DNA of 64,000 bases from Gemmatimonas sp. (GCA_965279375.1 OZ257156.1:640001-704000); one strand, 5' to 3'; shown: positions 1 through 10,588, numbered from the stretch's first letter. Numbers and translations: made by a program. Notes: generated from the letters alone by a model not told the origin.

Positions 1-2
1 GC

Positions 3-101
3 ACCGGCTGGGAGCTGCTGTCGACGGGCGAATACGTCCAGCGGGACGGGTCGCGCCCGGGGGCCCAGGCGACCTTCGCCGGGCTGACTGCAGAGGGATA
101 G
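3..101 (+). CDS. ppk1: 3' end of probable polyphosphate kinase 1 (partial, runs off the window)
   Basis: Frame 3 reads TGWELLSTGEYVQRDGSRPGAQATFAGLTAEG*, resembling the Ppk1 C-terminal W-E-L-x-x-x-G-x-Y...AQ pattern. Only 32 codons are visible. Confidence 0.55.
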   Translation, partial: TGWELLSTGEYVQRDGSRPGAQATFAGLTAEG

Positions 102-229
102 GCCGCCAGCGGTGGGCGACTGGGCGGTGCGAATTCGTTTCGCGACCGCCCCCGAATCGTTTTGTGGGGAGGGACTTGGCCGCGATGCCGTGAGGCCACC
201 CTGACGATTCTCGTACGCTCCAAACTTGC

Positions 230-2320
230 ATGCACGCCGCCGCGCCATCGGGCTCCTCCAGTCCGACGACACCGCACGCCCATCTGCTGCTGACGCGACT
301 CGTGGTCGCGTTCAGCCGTCGTCGCGCGTACCCGGCCACGCATCCGCTTGTGCGCACCGCCGAGGAGCAGGCCTTCGACACGGTGCGCTCGCTCGTCAGT
401 GGCCGGCATGGCATCAGCATCACGCTGACCCGTCACGGCCTGCTCATGGACGACGCAGAGGTAGACAGCCCGGTCGCACGCGACCTCGCCGATCGCCTGC
501 GGTTGCGCGGCGTGGGCGGCCTGTCCGTCGAGAACTCGGTCACTGCCGACGCGCTGCGCGATGCCGTCGCCTGGCTGGCCTCCGAGCACGCTGACAACGC
601 CACCGACGTCAGCGCCGCACCGCCCGTGCTCCCCGGCATCCGCATCTCGCGGATCGACTACGGCAAGCTGGCGCTGGGTGACGAGACGGGTGGCGACCTG
701 CTCTCCACCGAGGACATCTGGCGCGAGCTCGCACTCGGCGCGCTCGAAGAGGATGTTGAGTCGGGGGAGCTCGACCCGACTGGGCAGGGCCAGGCCTCGT
801 CTGGCGACTCCGGCTCGATGGTCGCAACGGTCGAACGACGCCTCGCGCGCCCCGACGCCGCCCGCAATGCTGGCTCGGTGTTGTTGCGCGTCGCCGATCA
901 GATCACGCGGGCCAGTGGCTCGTCGCGCGCGCAACTCGCCGAGCGACTGCAGGCCGTGCTCAGCACACTGCAATCGTCGTCGCTGACGTTCGTGGTGGAC
1001 TCATGCGGCGATAGCAGCGAGAAGCGCCGCTTCATCGCGCAGATGATCGAGGCCTTGCCTGCGGACGCGATCGTCGACTGGCTGACAGCTGCTGCGCACG
1101 CCACGGGCGAGCCGCTCTCGCCGCAGTTGCTGCGCATGCTGACGTCCGTCCTCGCGCGCGCCAAGCAACAGCGCGGCGCGCACGACGGCGAAGCGGCGTT
1201 TCGCAGTGCGGCGCGTGATCTCGTGAACGGCTGGTCGCTGGACGAACCGGCGCAGTCTGAGCACGTGGCGCTGCTCGATCGCGTCAGCGCGTTCGACGCA
1301 ATGCGTGTACTGGCCGATGTGTCGGATACGGGTGCGGCGCGCGTGGTGCAACAGGCACTGGAGATCGACGCCTTTGGCGACGACGCGGTGGAAGCGGCAC
1401 AGCAGCTCCTCGCCGACGGTCGGGTTGCCGATCTCATGGCGTGGAGCAGCGGAGCGACGGGCGAGCGGTCGGCGGAAACGGTGCGCAAGCTGCTCCGCTC
1501 GAAGGCGGTCGTGCACGCGGTGCTGTTGCGTGATCCGATGGACCAGCAGTTGGCGCGCACGCTCCTCGCATCGCTGGATAGGCAGGCCGTCGATCTCCTG
1601 CTCGACGTGCTGCGTGATGCCCAGGGGCGCACCGCGCGACGCATGGTGCTGGCGCGGCTGCGCGAGTTCGGCCCGGGAATCTCGGAGTTGCTGGTGGCCC
1701 GACTGGATGGCGCGCCGTGGTATTTCGCGCGCAATCTTCTCACGCTGTTGCGCGAACTCTCCGCCGACGACGAGCACTCGGTGTCGGCGCATACGGCGCT
1801 GCTGCAACAGCTGGCCACGCACCCGCAGGAACAGGTGCGCGTGGAGGCACTGCGGTTGCTGGTACTCGAGCCCAAGACGCGCGATGGCGCGTTGCGACAT
1901 GCACTGGACGATGCGGCAGATCGCGTCGTGAAGATGGCCATCGATGCCATGGGCGGTGCCGACGTGGCAGCGCGCGCGCGGCTCCTGCCCGCCGACATCT
2001 GGCAGCGTGTGGTGCGTGTTGCAGAGAGTGAGTCGAACGAGGATGAGACCCGCGGTCACGCGTTGCGCCTGCTGGGCCATGCGCCGCCGAACGCTCGCGT
2101 GCGAGATCTGCTGCTGTCGCTCGTGACAGTGCGTTCGCGCATCCTGCGGCGCGTAACGCTGGCCGATCCTACCGCGCTGTCGGTGGCCGCACTGGAAGCG
2201 CTGGCGCGTCGGTATGCGTCCGATGCGCAGGTGAAGGATGTGCTCGAGCGTGCCGCCGAAAGCACCGAACGTCGCTACCGCGATGCGCTGCGGCCGTCGA
2301 CGGCCACGGCCGGCGTCTGA
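230..2320 (+). CDS. HEAT/ARM-repeat protein with N-terminal YPxxHP domain
   Basis: 696-aa helical ORF. C-terminal HEAT-like repeats (PWYFARNLLTLL, HPQEQVRVEALRLL, DAADRVVKMAI). Confidence 0.75.
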   Translation: MHAAAPSGSSSPTTPHAHLLLTRLVVAFSRRRAYPATHPLVRTAEEQAFDTVRSLVSGRHGISITLTRHGLLMDDAEVDSPVARDLADRLRLRGVGGLSVENSVTADALRDAVAWLASEHADNATDVSAAPPVLPGIRISRIDYGKLALGDETGGDLLSTEDIWRELALGALEEDVESGELDPTGQGQASSGDSGSMVATVERRLARPDAARNAGSVLLRVADQITRASGSSRAQLAERLQAVLSTLQSSSLTFVVDSCGDSSEKRRFIAQMIEALPADAIVDWLTAAAHATGEPLSPQLLRMLTSVLARAKQQRGAHDGEAAFRSAARDLVNGWSLDEPAQSEHVALLDRVSAFDAMRVLADVSDTGAARVVQQALEIDAFGDDAVEAAQQLLADGRVADLMAWSSGATGERSAETVRKLLRSKAVVHAVLLRDPMDQQLARTLLASLDRQAVDLLLDVLRDAQGRTARRMVLARLREFGPGISELLVARLDGAPWYFARNLLTLLRELSADDEHSVSAHTALLQQLATHPQEQVRVEALRLLVLEPKTRDGALRHALDDAADRVVKMAIDAMGGADVAARARLLPADIWQRVVRVAESESNEDETRGHALRLLGHAPPNARVRDLLLSLVTVRSRILRRVTLADPTALSVAALEALARRYASDAQVKDVLERAAESTERRYRDALRPSTATAGV

Positions 2321-2329
2321 GGTGATGAC

Positions 2330-3547
2330 ATGATCAATCCGACCGTGCTCTTCCTGCAGACGCTGGGGCAAACGCTTGCCGCGCAGGGGCTCTATTCCGA
2401 AGGACACCCGATGCGCGCCGCGGCGCGTGATCGTGCGCACGTCGCGCTCATGCGCGTGCTCGAGAATCGTGGCGAGCTACGCATCTCGTTTCTCGACGGT
2501 GCCGTGGTGGTGGGCTCACGCGTGCTGCCCGAACTGCGCGGATGGGAGTGGGGCACCAAGCTGTCGGCCGTGGGCGTGCAGCGATTCGAAATCGATTCGG
2601 TGCCAACTCCCACCACCGAGGAGCTGGAAGCGTTCATCGTGGAGCTGCACCGTCGGCTTGTGGCAGGAGCACAGGGTTACGTCGGTGCGCCGCTCTCCGG
2701 TTTCCGACTCGGTGCGCTGGGTGTCGCGGGTGCGACGGAGTCCGGTGGTGGCGACGATGGTTCGGCGGGTGACGCTGATGGCGCCGATCCGATGGAGTCG
2801 CTGATCGACGTCATTGCGCACATTCCGTTGACCGCCGAATCCGCGGCCATTCGCTGGATTCACGAGCAGGTCGCCAACGGTGCCGACGTGCCGCTCGCGG
2901 AAGCGGCGGTGGTGGTCAACTCGCTCGCCCTCGCGATGCATCAGGAGCAGCGCACCGTGCTGCCACTGATCGACATCAGCGCGCACGATCAGTACGCGAC
3001 CGCGCATGCCTCCAACGTGGCGACACTGGCGATCGCACTGTCGGAGCAGATGGGGCTCGCTCCGGGCGATGCGCGCGCCATCGGCATGGCCGGCCTCGTG
3101 CACGATATCGGCAACGTCTGCGTGCCCCCCGAGCTGCTCAGCAAGCCGGGGCAGCTGACCGACGCCGAGTGCGCGATTGTCGCGCAGCACACCATCGAGG
3201 GCGCGCGAATGTTGAGCACGCGCGGCCGCGGCAATGCGCTCGCCGCCACGGTGGCGTATGAGCACCACCGCTGGGAGGATGGCGTGGGCGGCTATCCGAA
3301 CTTCCAGTGGCCTCGCCGATGCCACTTTGCGAGCCGTCTCGTGCGCGTCTGCGACATCTACGACGCCATGCGCTCGCCGCGTCCATACCGCCGTGCGTTG
3401 ACACAGACGGAAACGCTGAACTACCTGCAACAGCGTTCTGGCACCGAGGTGCAGGGCGAGATCGTGCGGGCGCTGGTGGAGCTGCTGGCCCATACGCCAG
3501 AAGCGCGGACGCCCATGGAAGAGACGTCCGCGCTTGCGGTGATGTAG
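2330..3547 (+). CDS. HD-GYP domain phosphodiesterase (putative c-di-GMP PDE)
   Basis: HDIG, HTIEGA, EHHRWEDGVGGYP and CDIYDAMRSPRPYR motifs. SD-like GAGGTG upstream. Confidence 0.88.
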   Translation: MINPTVLFLQTLGQTLAAQGLYSEGHPMRAAARDRAHVALMRVLENRGELRISFLDGAVVVGSRVLPELRGWEWGTKLSAVGVQRFEIDSVPTPTTEELEAFIVELHRRLVAGAQGYVGAPLSGFRLGALGVAGATESGGGDDGSAGDADGADPMESLIDVIAHIPLTAESAAIRWIHEQVANGADVPLAEAAVVVNSLALAMHQEQRTVLPLIDISAHDQYATAHASNVATLAIALSEQMGLAPGDARAIGMAGLVHDIGNVCVPPELLSKPGQLTDAECAIVAQHTIEGARMLSTRGRGNALAATVAYEHHRWEDGVGGYPNFQWPRRCHFASRLVRVCDIYDAMRSPRPYRRALTQTETLNYLQQRSGTEVQGEIVRALVELLAHTPEARTPMEETSALAVM

Positions 3548-3592
3548 GGCGGGTGTAGCTCGCCGGTTTAACCCGGCATTACAGCGTTGTCG

Positions 3593-6500
3593 TTACGGCA
3601 CGATCTTCGCGACCGGTGCGGTCTTGGGGTCCACGAGCGGGCGACGATCCTTGAGATGTTCTTCCATCTGCAGGCGCGGTACGCCGTCCTTGAGCCAAGT
3701 CGGTGCCGGCTGGTCGCGCAGGAACGTGTCGAACCACTCCGTCATGCGCAGGTTGTAATCCTTCTGGTTCGCGGGACGCGCGAGGCCGTGATTCTCGCCC
3801 ACGTACTCCAGCAGCACCACGTCCTTGCCCAGCTGGCGCAGATGGTTGTAGTACGTGATGCCCTGATTGAAGTCCACGGCACCGTCGCGATCGTTGTGCA
3901 GGATCATGAACGGGATGTTCAGATTCTGCGCAAAGTTCTGCGGCGAGTTGCGCATGTAGGCTTCGGGCACGTCATTCGGGCCGCCGGTAAAGCGTCCCTG
4001 GCTCGAGATGAAGATCGACGCGTCGGTGCTGCCGGAGTTCCAGTACATCGAGCCGAACATCGACACCATGTCGGTGAGTGGTGCACCGGCCACGGCTGTC
4101 TTGAAGATGTTCGTCTGCGTGGTGATGAACGACGTCTGGTACCCGCCCCAGCTGTGTCCCTGCAGGCCCACGCGCGCCGTGTCGATCATGCCTGTCGCAA
4201 TCGCGGCCTTCACTGCCGGCACGACGCACCACACCGCGCTGCGCCCCGGATCGTTGATCTTGTATTCGATGTCCGGCTTGAGGAACGCGTAGCCGCGTGA
4301 CGTATACACGCTCGGATTGCTGTAGCGCGTCGCGTTGGGCTCGGTGTAGACGTTGTACTCCTGGCTCAGCTTCTCGTAGATGTAGGTGAGCATCGGATAC
4401 GTCTTCCCCTGCTCATAGCCGGCCGGCAGGTACAGCACCGCCTGATGCTTGCCGCCGCCGTTATCGCAGGTGTAGTCGATGAGCTTCGCGCCCGGCGTCC
4501 AGGCGATCTCCTTCTGCTGCGGATTGGCATCGGTTAACCGACGCTCGTTCTTGAGCAGATCGTCTGCGGCGTAGAAGTCGGGATACTTCACGACGGTCTG
4601 TCGTGCGTACACCCACGTGTTCGCGTCGCGCGCCTTGCGATAGTCCACCTTGGCATCTTCCCACGCGATCGTGCGCGTGCCGCCCTTGAGCGCATCCACC
4701 TGCACGAGCCCTTCCTTCTTCGTCCACTCGCCGTACGTCTCCATGAACAACGGCTTGGTGACGTCGATGATGCCACGATCGCGCGGATCGGAAAGCACGC
4801 GATTCTGATAGCGGATCTGCTCGCTCTTGCCGTTCATCGTGAGATTGACGGCCGTCGTCAGCTTGCTGCCCGCGGAGCCCGTGGGCAGACGCCACAGATC
4901 CCAGTTGTCGCGTACGAACACATTGGCCCCGTCCTTGGTCCAGCCAACGAGCGCACCACCGATCGGCGGCTTCACCTGATTGTGATCGTCCTCGGTGTTC
5001 CAGAACTGCGTCGGCACACCGGTGGTGATCGTCTTCGTGGCGCCCGTCGCGAAGTCGTACGTCTTCCAGTCGCCGCTGTCGTAGTAGGCGTACTTGCCGT
5101 TGTCGGGGGAGAAGTTGGGTGACGGGCCACCACGTCCGCCGCCACCGCCGCCGCCCGGCACCTTGCCCTGAATCAGCTTGCGCTCGCCGGTGCTCACATT
5201 GATCGCGTACACGTCGCGAAACGCCGAGCCGTTGATGCCGGCCACGCGCTCGTACGCGGAGACGTCCGTACCGACGGCCCACGTGTCCTTGGGGCCCACA
5301 GACACATCGCGCACCTTCTCGTCGGCCAGCTTCACGACTTTCGCGGCCGCCACCTGAAACGCGGCCAGATACGCGAAGGCCTTGTCCTGCCCTTCCTGTA
5401 CCTGCTGCTGCGCCTGCGGACGTGAGTCCTTCCAGTGCCACAGGATCAGCGACGGCACCTCAGCGTCCGTCTGCGGTGCGGCGGCCACCTGACCACCCGC
5501 GCCCGCGCCCGGCGCCGTGCCACCCGGATTGGGCGGCGTGAATCCACCAGCGGTACGCGGGCGCGGCGGACGCGGCTCGCGCAGTCCGAAGTAGAGCACG
5601 CCCTGCTTGTCACCCCACTCGATCGCCCGATCGCTGCTCACCACCAGCCCGCCCGTCACGCCAGCCGACTTCCCGGTGATTTCCGCAGGCTTGGCGTTGG
5701 CCAGCGCCGCGTGCGACCACGCGAGAATGGCTGCGTCATCGTCGCCACCCGCCGTGTCCGTCACCACGCGCAATACGGCGAGCGCATCAGAGGAATCCGC
5801 CCACGTGAGGCGACGGTACGACGCCTTTTTCAGATCCAGCGTGCGCGCGACGCCAGACGACAGCTGACGCAGTTGCACACTGTTCCCGCTCTGGTCCGCG
5901 GTGCCGATCGCCAACGCCACCCAGTCGCCGCTGTCATCGAACGCAAATTCCGTCACGTCGGACACGGGCGACGGCGTGCCGCCGGTCAGGTTCACCAGCT
6001 CGAGCGTGCTTCCGGTCGCCGGCGCCGGTGCGCCGCCGGGCGCAGGAGCCGCCGCCACACGGGCCGGCGCATGATGCACCGCCAGCCAGTCCGACTTGTC
6101 ACCGGCAAAGCGGAACGCCCGCGCATTCTCGAACTCGCGCTTGGTGCCGTCGGCGAGGTTGACCACGATCAGCTTGGGCTGCGCCGGCGTTGCTGCGGGC
6201 GCCGCAGGAGCTGCGCCACCGCGGCCGCCCCGTCCTCCGCGACCGGCGGCCGCACTGCTCGCGTACTGCAGGAAGCCCACCCACTTGCCGTTGCCACTGA
6301 TCGCGAGGCTGGGCGAACCGCCGCCACCGGGTCCACCGCGACCGGCCCCGCCGCCGCTCGGATCGCCGACGGGGAAGCGCATCTCCTTGGCACCCGCCGC
6401 CGTGCCACGCACCACCACTTCGGCGTCGCCCTCGTTGGGCGCCAACACGTACGCGAACCACTTGCCGTCGTTGGAGAGCGCCGGCGTGCGCACCCCCTTC

Positions 6501-6739
6501 CACGACAGCAGGTCGTTGACCGAGAGCTGTCGGCCAGCCGACGCGGGCGGCGTCCACTTGGAGACGGGCTTGTCGTCCTTGGCGCCAAAGGGGAGCGCGG
6601 TGAGCGTATTCACCGGGCCGGCGGGCGCACCATTCGGAGGCGCCTGGTTGCCCGCCTGCGCGTTCGCAACGGCGGCGTGGAGACCGGCGGCGACGAACGC
6701 GCCGCGGATCATGGAGAGAGTACGGAGCTGAGATCGCAT
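3593..6739 (-). CDS. Secreted S9 family (prolyl oligopeptidase/acylaminoacyl) peptidase
   Basis: GHSWGG nucleophile elbow, HNDRDGAV Asp, ENHGL His. Beta-propeller N-region and signal peptide. Start placed at MRSQLR (6739). Confidence 0.9.
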   Translation of the reverse strand: MRSQLRTLSMIRGAFVAAGLHAAVANAQAGNQAPPNGAPAGPVNTLTALPFGAKDDKPVSKWTPPASAGRQLSVNDLLSWKGVRTPALSNDGKWFAYVLAPNEGDAEVVVRGTAAGAKEMRFPVGDPSGGGAGRGGPGGGGSPSLAISGNGKWVGFLQYASSAAAGRGGRGGRGGAAPAAPAATPAQPKLIVVNLADGTKREFENARAFRFAGDKSDWLAVHHAPARVAAAPAPGGAPAPATGSTLELVNLTGGTPSPVSDVTEFAFDDSGDWVALAIGTADQSGNSVQLRQLSSGVARTLDLKKASYRRLTWADSSDALAVLRVVTDTAGGDDDAAILAWSHAALANAKPAEITGKSAGVTGGLVVSSDRAIEWGDKQGVLYFGLREPRPPRPRTAGGFTPPNPGGTAPGAGAGGQVAAAPQTDAEVPSLILWHWKDSRPQAQQQVQEGQDKAFAYLAAFQVAAAKVVKLADEKVRDVSVGPKDTWAVGTDVSAYERVAGINGSAFRDVYAINVSTGERKLIQGKVPGGGGGGGRGGPSPNFSPDNGKYAYYDSGDWKTYDFATGATKTITTGVPTQFWNTEDDHNQVKPPIGGALVGWTKDGANVFVRDNWDLWRLPTGSAGSKLTTAVNLTMNGKSEQIRYQNRVLSDPRDRGIIDVTKPLFMETYGEWTKKEGLVQVDALKGGTRTIAWEDAKVDYRKARDANTWVYARQTVVKYPDFYAADDLLKNERRLTDANPQQKEIAWTPGAKLIDYTCDNGGGKHQAVLYLPAGYEQGKTYPMLTYIYEKLSQEYNVYTEPNATRYSNPSVYTSRGYAFLKPDIEYKINDPGRSAVWCVVPAVKAAIATGMIDTARVGLQGHSWGGYQTSFITTQTNIFKTAVAGAPLTDMVSMFGSMYWNSGSTDASIFISSQGRFTGGPNDVPEAYMRNSPQNFAQNLNIPFMILHNDRDGAVDFNQGITYYNHLRQLGKDVVLLEYVGENHGLARPANQKDYNLRMTEWFDTFLRDQPAPTWLKDGVPRLQMEEHLKDRRPLVDPKTAPVAKIVP

Positions 6740-6827
6740 CGGAGAAATCCGGTTGGAGTCGATCACTACGCTACCGCTCGGCGGAACGCTGCGAAAGACG
6801 ACCGGCCGATCAGCATGCTGAGCTCGA

Positions 6828-7217
6828 CTACGCTCGTCCCACCGGCGCCAGATCCGATGCCACCCATTCGATCGCGGCCGCAAAGTCGCGGAAGACGTGC
6901 ACGTCGTAGCCCAGCCCTTCACGCTGCATCTCCCACATGCGGAACATGCCGTACGCTTCATCCGTCTCGGCAACCATCGCCACGCGTCCGCCGCGCAGCA
7001 GGTCCACGAAGGCCGCGGCCATGTCGGCGAGGCGACGCTGACCATCCACTGTGATCGCCATGTCCGTCATCAGGCGCCCGTCGACCACTTCGCGCCAGAC
7101 GTCGCGCGGTTGGTGAAAGACCGGCTGTGCGTAATGCGTCAGCAACTCCTCGTTGGTGACGCGTCCAATCAGTACCGTGTGGAGGACTGCGCCGTGCTCT
7201 TGCAATTCGATCGGCAT
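6828..7217 (-). CDS. Hypothetical STAS/SEC14 (SpoIIAA-like) small protein
   Basis: 129 aa. RVAMVA...YGMFRMW...VFRDFAAAIEWV pattern typical of SpoIIAA-like proteins. Confidence 0.6.
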   Translation of the reverse strand: MPIELQEHGAVLHTVLIGRVTNEELLTHYAQPVFHQPRDVWREVVDGRLMTDMAITVDGQRRLADMAAAFVDLLRGGRVAMVAETDEAYGMFRMWEMQREGLGYDVHVFRDFAAAIEWVASDLAPVGRA

Positions 7218-7224
7218 CTGCGAG

Positions 7225-8949
7225 TCAGCCCTGATACATGGTTTCGCCACCAACGACGGTACGCACGATCGCAATATCCTTGATCGTCTCCGGCTTCACC
7301 GTGTGCGGATCCTCCGCGAGCATCACGAAGTCGGCGAGCTTGCCCACGGCGATCGATCCTTTGCTCTGCTCTTCGTGCGACGCGTAGGCGCCGTTGAGCG
7401 TGTTCACACGAATGGCATCATCGACGCTGATACGCTGATTCACGCCCCATGAAGTGCCGTCCCAACCGGTGCGCGTCACCATCCCCTGAATGCCCATCAG
7501 CGGGGCGAACGGACCGGGACTGAAGTCGGAGCCGGCGGCCGCGTGGATGCCGGCATCGAGCAACGTACGGAACGCCATGCACTGCTTCATCATCGCTTCG
7601 CCGTAGAACGGGAACTTGTCGGTGTTGTAGTAGGCGTACGTCGTGAACATCGCCGGAATCGCATCGAGCGCCTTCATGCGACGCACGAGGTCGTCGTTCA
7701 CCAATGTGCAGTGCGTGATCTTGGGACGCGCGTTGGCACGTGGGGCCTTCGCCAACGCTCGTTCGAAGGCGGTGAGATACATGTCGATGGCCACGTCGCC
7801 GTTCGCATGGCAATTCACCTGAATTCCCGCGCGATGCACCCGCTCCACCCACGCATCGAGTTCGGCCTGCGTCTCGGTCACGTTCCCCTTGTACGTCGTG
7901 CCGGGATACGGCGTGCTCAGGGCCATCGTGCGCTCGGAGAATGAGCCGTCCACGGTGTGCTCCGAGGTAGCTCCAAAGCGAATCCAGTCGTCGCCGAAGC
8001 CCGACTTGATGCCGTTCGTGATCATCGCCTCGAGCGCACGCCCCGACGCTTCGTAGTTGATTCGATGTTTGAGATCTCCGCGCGCCCGCACGTCCTGCAT
8101 CGCGGCGAGATCGCCGCCTTCGTGATGCACCGTGGTGAGTCCGTAGCGCGCGAACTGCTTGGAGATGTGCGCCACCCCATCGCGCTCGCGCTTGTCACGC
8201 TCGGCTTCACTGAACTCAGGGCGCTTGCCGGCCGCGTTCAACATGCCCATCGCGCGATCGGTCACGCGTCCCGACAGTTCGCCAGCGCTGTTCTTGTCGA
8301 AGGTGCCGCCCGGCGGCGCGGGGGTATCCTTGGTGACCTTGGCGAGTTCGAACGCCTTGCTGTTGTAGAACGCCGTGTGTCCACCGCGATGCCGTACGAC
8401 GACCGGTTGTTCGGTGGAGACCTGATCGAGATCCTGCATGGTGATCAGACGCTTGTCCTTGAGCTTCGTGTCGTCGTGGAAGTAGCCCGACACCCACGTA
8501 CCGGGCGGGGTCTCACGCGCTCGCGCGCGCAGCTTCTCCACCACACTCGCGATCGTCACGAACTCCACCTCGAACGGATTGCCCACCAGCACTTCATAGA
8601 GCAGCGTCGTGCCACCGGCGTGGTTGTGCGTGTCGATGAACCCAGGCACGATCGACATCCCCTTGGCATCGATCACCTGAGTGCGTCGTCCGGCCAGCGA
8701 TCGCATCTCTGCGCTGGTACCCACCGCCACGAAGCGACCAGCGTTCACCGCGAAGGCCTGCGCCACCGGTTGCGTGCGCTCCATGGTGAACACCTTGGCG
8801 TTCACCACGACCAGCTCGGGATCGATGGCGGCACTGGTCTCGAGCAGGGCTCGCGGCGAGGACGCGCCGAGGAGGGAGGGCGCGAGTGCGCCGGCCGCTC
8901 CGGCGACGGTGAGCCCCATGAACTCGCGGCGGGTCCGTGGATTGCGCAT
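7225..8949 (-). CDS. Tat-exported amidohydrolase (Amidohydro_3, YtcJ-like)
   Basis: TRREFMG twin-arginine signal, PGFIDTHNH, CHANGD, GSDF, GSIAVGKLADFV. SD GAGGAG upstream of 8949. Confidence 0.9.
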   Translation of the reverse strand: MRNPRTRREFMGLTVAGAAGALAPSLLGASSPRALLETSAAIDPELVVVNAKVFTMERTQPVAQAFAVNAGRFVAVGTSAEMRSLAGRRTQVIDAKGMSIVPGFIDTHNHAGGTTLLYEVLVGNPFEVEFVTIASVVEKLRARARETPPGTWVSGYFHDDTKLKDKRLITMQDLDQVSTEQPVVVRHRGGHTAFYNSKAFELAKVTKDTPAPPGGTFDKNSAGELSGRVTDRAMGMLNAAGKRPEFSEAERDKRERDGVAHISKQFARYGLTTVHHEGGDLAAMQDVRARGDLKHRINYEASGRALEAMITNGIKSGFGDDWIRFGATSEHTVDGSFSERTMALSTPYPGTTYKGNVTETQAELDAWVERVHRAGIQVNCHANGDVAIDMYLTAFERALAKAPRANARPKITHCTLVNDDLVRRMKALDAIPAMFTTYAYYNTDKFPFYGEAMMKQCMAFRTLLDAGIHAAAGSDFSPGPFAPLMGIQGMVTRTGWDGTSWGVNQRISVDDAIRVNTLNGAYASHEEQSKGSIAVGKLADFVMLAEDPHTVKPETIKDIAIVRTVVGGETMYQG

Positions 8950-9071
8950 CAGGTCTCCTCGGTGAGCAGGCGATGGATGGTTCTGTCCCAACCTGTGCGC
9001 CGCGACGCGGCTGCGCCAGACAGGCCGTCGCCTCGCTCCACCACGGCACGCACGATAGACTTCGCCTTCGT

Positions 9072-9755
9072 ATGGAGCCTCGTGTGACGGACGCTGCGCC
9101 AACCGGCGCGCACATTCTGGTGGTCGCGGCAACCGCTCGGGAAATCGCGCCGGCGGCCGGATGGCGCACGCTGCTTTGCGGCGTCGGCCCGGTCGACGCT
9201 GCCGCGGCGACGGCGGCGGAAATCGCAGCGCATCGCCCCGCCGCGATCCTGCACGTGGGCATCGCTGGCGCGCGGCAGTCCAGTGCGCTCTCGCCCGGTA
9301 CCCTCGTGGTGGGCACCGAGTCGCACTATTGCGACTTGGGCGTCCCCGAACAGTTTGCGCCGCGCGTGGTCGCCCCGAGCGCGCTACTGCTGGAGGCGGT
9401 GTTGCGCGCGCTGCCTGGCGCGCCGGCGCTCTCCATTGGCACGACAGCACACGTTGGCGGCAGTCTTCGCAGCGGTCGCGCGGCGACCGCGAGTCATGAC
9501 GGCACGCGCGACTGCGACGTGGAAGCCATGGAAGGGTTCGCTGTCCTGCGCGCCGCGCAGCTGGCTGGTGTTCCGGCGATCGAAGTGCGCGCGATCAGCA
9601 ACGAGATCGAAGAGAAGGATCGAGCGCGCTGGCATTTCGACGCCGCGTTTCGCGCGATCCGACTGGTCACGCCGATGCTCGTGCAGACGATTCATCTCGC
9701 GCTGGCGGATGCACCACCGTCGGGTGCGACGCAGACGGACAGATCACATGCGTGA
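9072..9755 (+). CDS. mqnB: Futalosine hydrolase (PNP/UDP family)
   Basis: CGVGPVDAA, GIAG, EAMEGFAV and EVRAISN motifs. Coupled to mqnD. Start uncertain. Confidence 0.8.
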   Translation: MEPRVTDAAPTGAHILVVAATAREIAPAAGWRTLLCGVGPVDAAAATAAEIAAHRPAAILHVGIAGARQSSALSPGTLVVGTESHYCDLGVPEQFAPRVVAPSALLLEAVLRALPGAPALSIGTTAHVGGSLRSGRAATASHDGTRDCDVEAMEGFAVLRAAQLAGVPAIEVRAISNEIEEKDRARWHFDAAFRAIRLVTPMLVQTIHLALADAPPSGATQTDRSHA

Positions 9756-10530
9756 GCTGACCTTCGGCTACTCGCCCTGCCCCAACGACACGTTCGCGTT
9801 TCACGCGCTCACGCACGGGCTGGTCGATGTGCCTTTTCGCATCACGCCGGTGCTGCTCGATATCGAAGAACTGAATCGGCGTGCGCATACCGGCGCGTTC
9901 GATCTCACCAAGCTGAGCGTGGGCGCATTCGCTGCCGTCGGCGATCGCTATCGCATGCTGCGCAGCGGTGCCGCGTTAGGCATGGGCGTCGGTCCGCTCG
10001 TGGTCACGCGCACGCCTGCGACCTTGGCCGACGCGACACGCGGTCGGATTGCGATTCCCGGTCGCGAGACCACCGCGTATCGGCTGCTGCGACTGGCCGC
10101 GCCGTCGCTCGGTGAGGTGATCGAAATGCGCTACGATCGCATCCTGCGCGCGGTGGAATCGGGCGAGGTGGACGCGGGGCTGATCATCCACGAGAGCCGG
10201 TTCACATACGCCGAGCATGGGCTGCACAAGGCAGTGGACCTGGGTGACTGGTGGGAGCGTGAGACGGGGCTGCCCGTGCCGTTGGCCGGCATTTGTGGGC
10301 GCGCTGATCTTGGTGCCGAGCTACTCGCGGCCGCGGAAGTCGCTATCCGCGCCAGCGTGCAGTACGCGTTCGACAATCCCGCGGCGAGCCGCGAGTATGT
10401 GCAGGCGCACGCGCAGGAGATGTCCCCCGAAGTGCAGGCCCAGCACATCGCGCTGTACGTGAACGCACACAGCCTCGATGTGGGTGACGATGGATTGCGC
10501 GCGATCGAGCGATTGGTCGCAGCGCAGTAG
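9748..10530 (+). CDS. mqnD: 1,4-dihydroxy-6-naphthoate synthase
   Basis: GYSPCPNDTF, DIEELN, IIHESRFTY, DLGDWWE and HIALYVN motifs. Confidence 0.93.
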   Translation: MRELTFGYSPCPNDTFAFHALTHGLVDVPFRITPVLLDIEELNRRAHTGAFDLTKLSVGAFAAVGDRYRMLRSGAALGMGVGPLVVTRTPATLADATRGRIAIPGRETTAYRLLRLAAPSLGEVIEMRYDRILRAVESGEVDAGLIIHESRFTYAEHGLHKAVDLGDWWERETGLPVPLAGICGRADLGAELLAAAEVAIRASVQYAFDNPAASREYVQAHAQEMSPEVQAQHIALYVNAHSLDVGDDGLRAIERLVAAQ

Positions 10531-10588
10531 GAGTGCCGTAGCGGTTCCGTAGCGGCAATCGACAGTTACCCTCTGACTCGACATCGCC

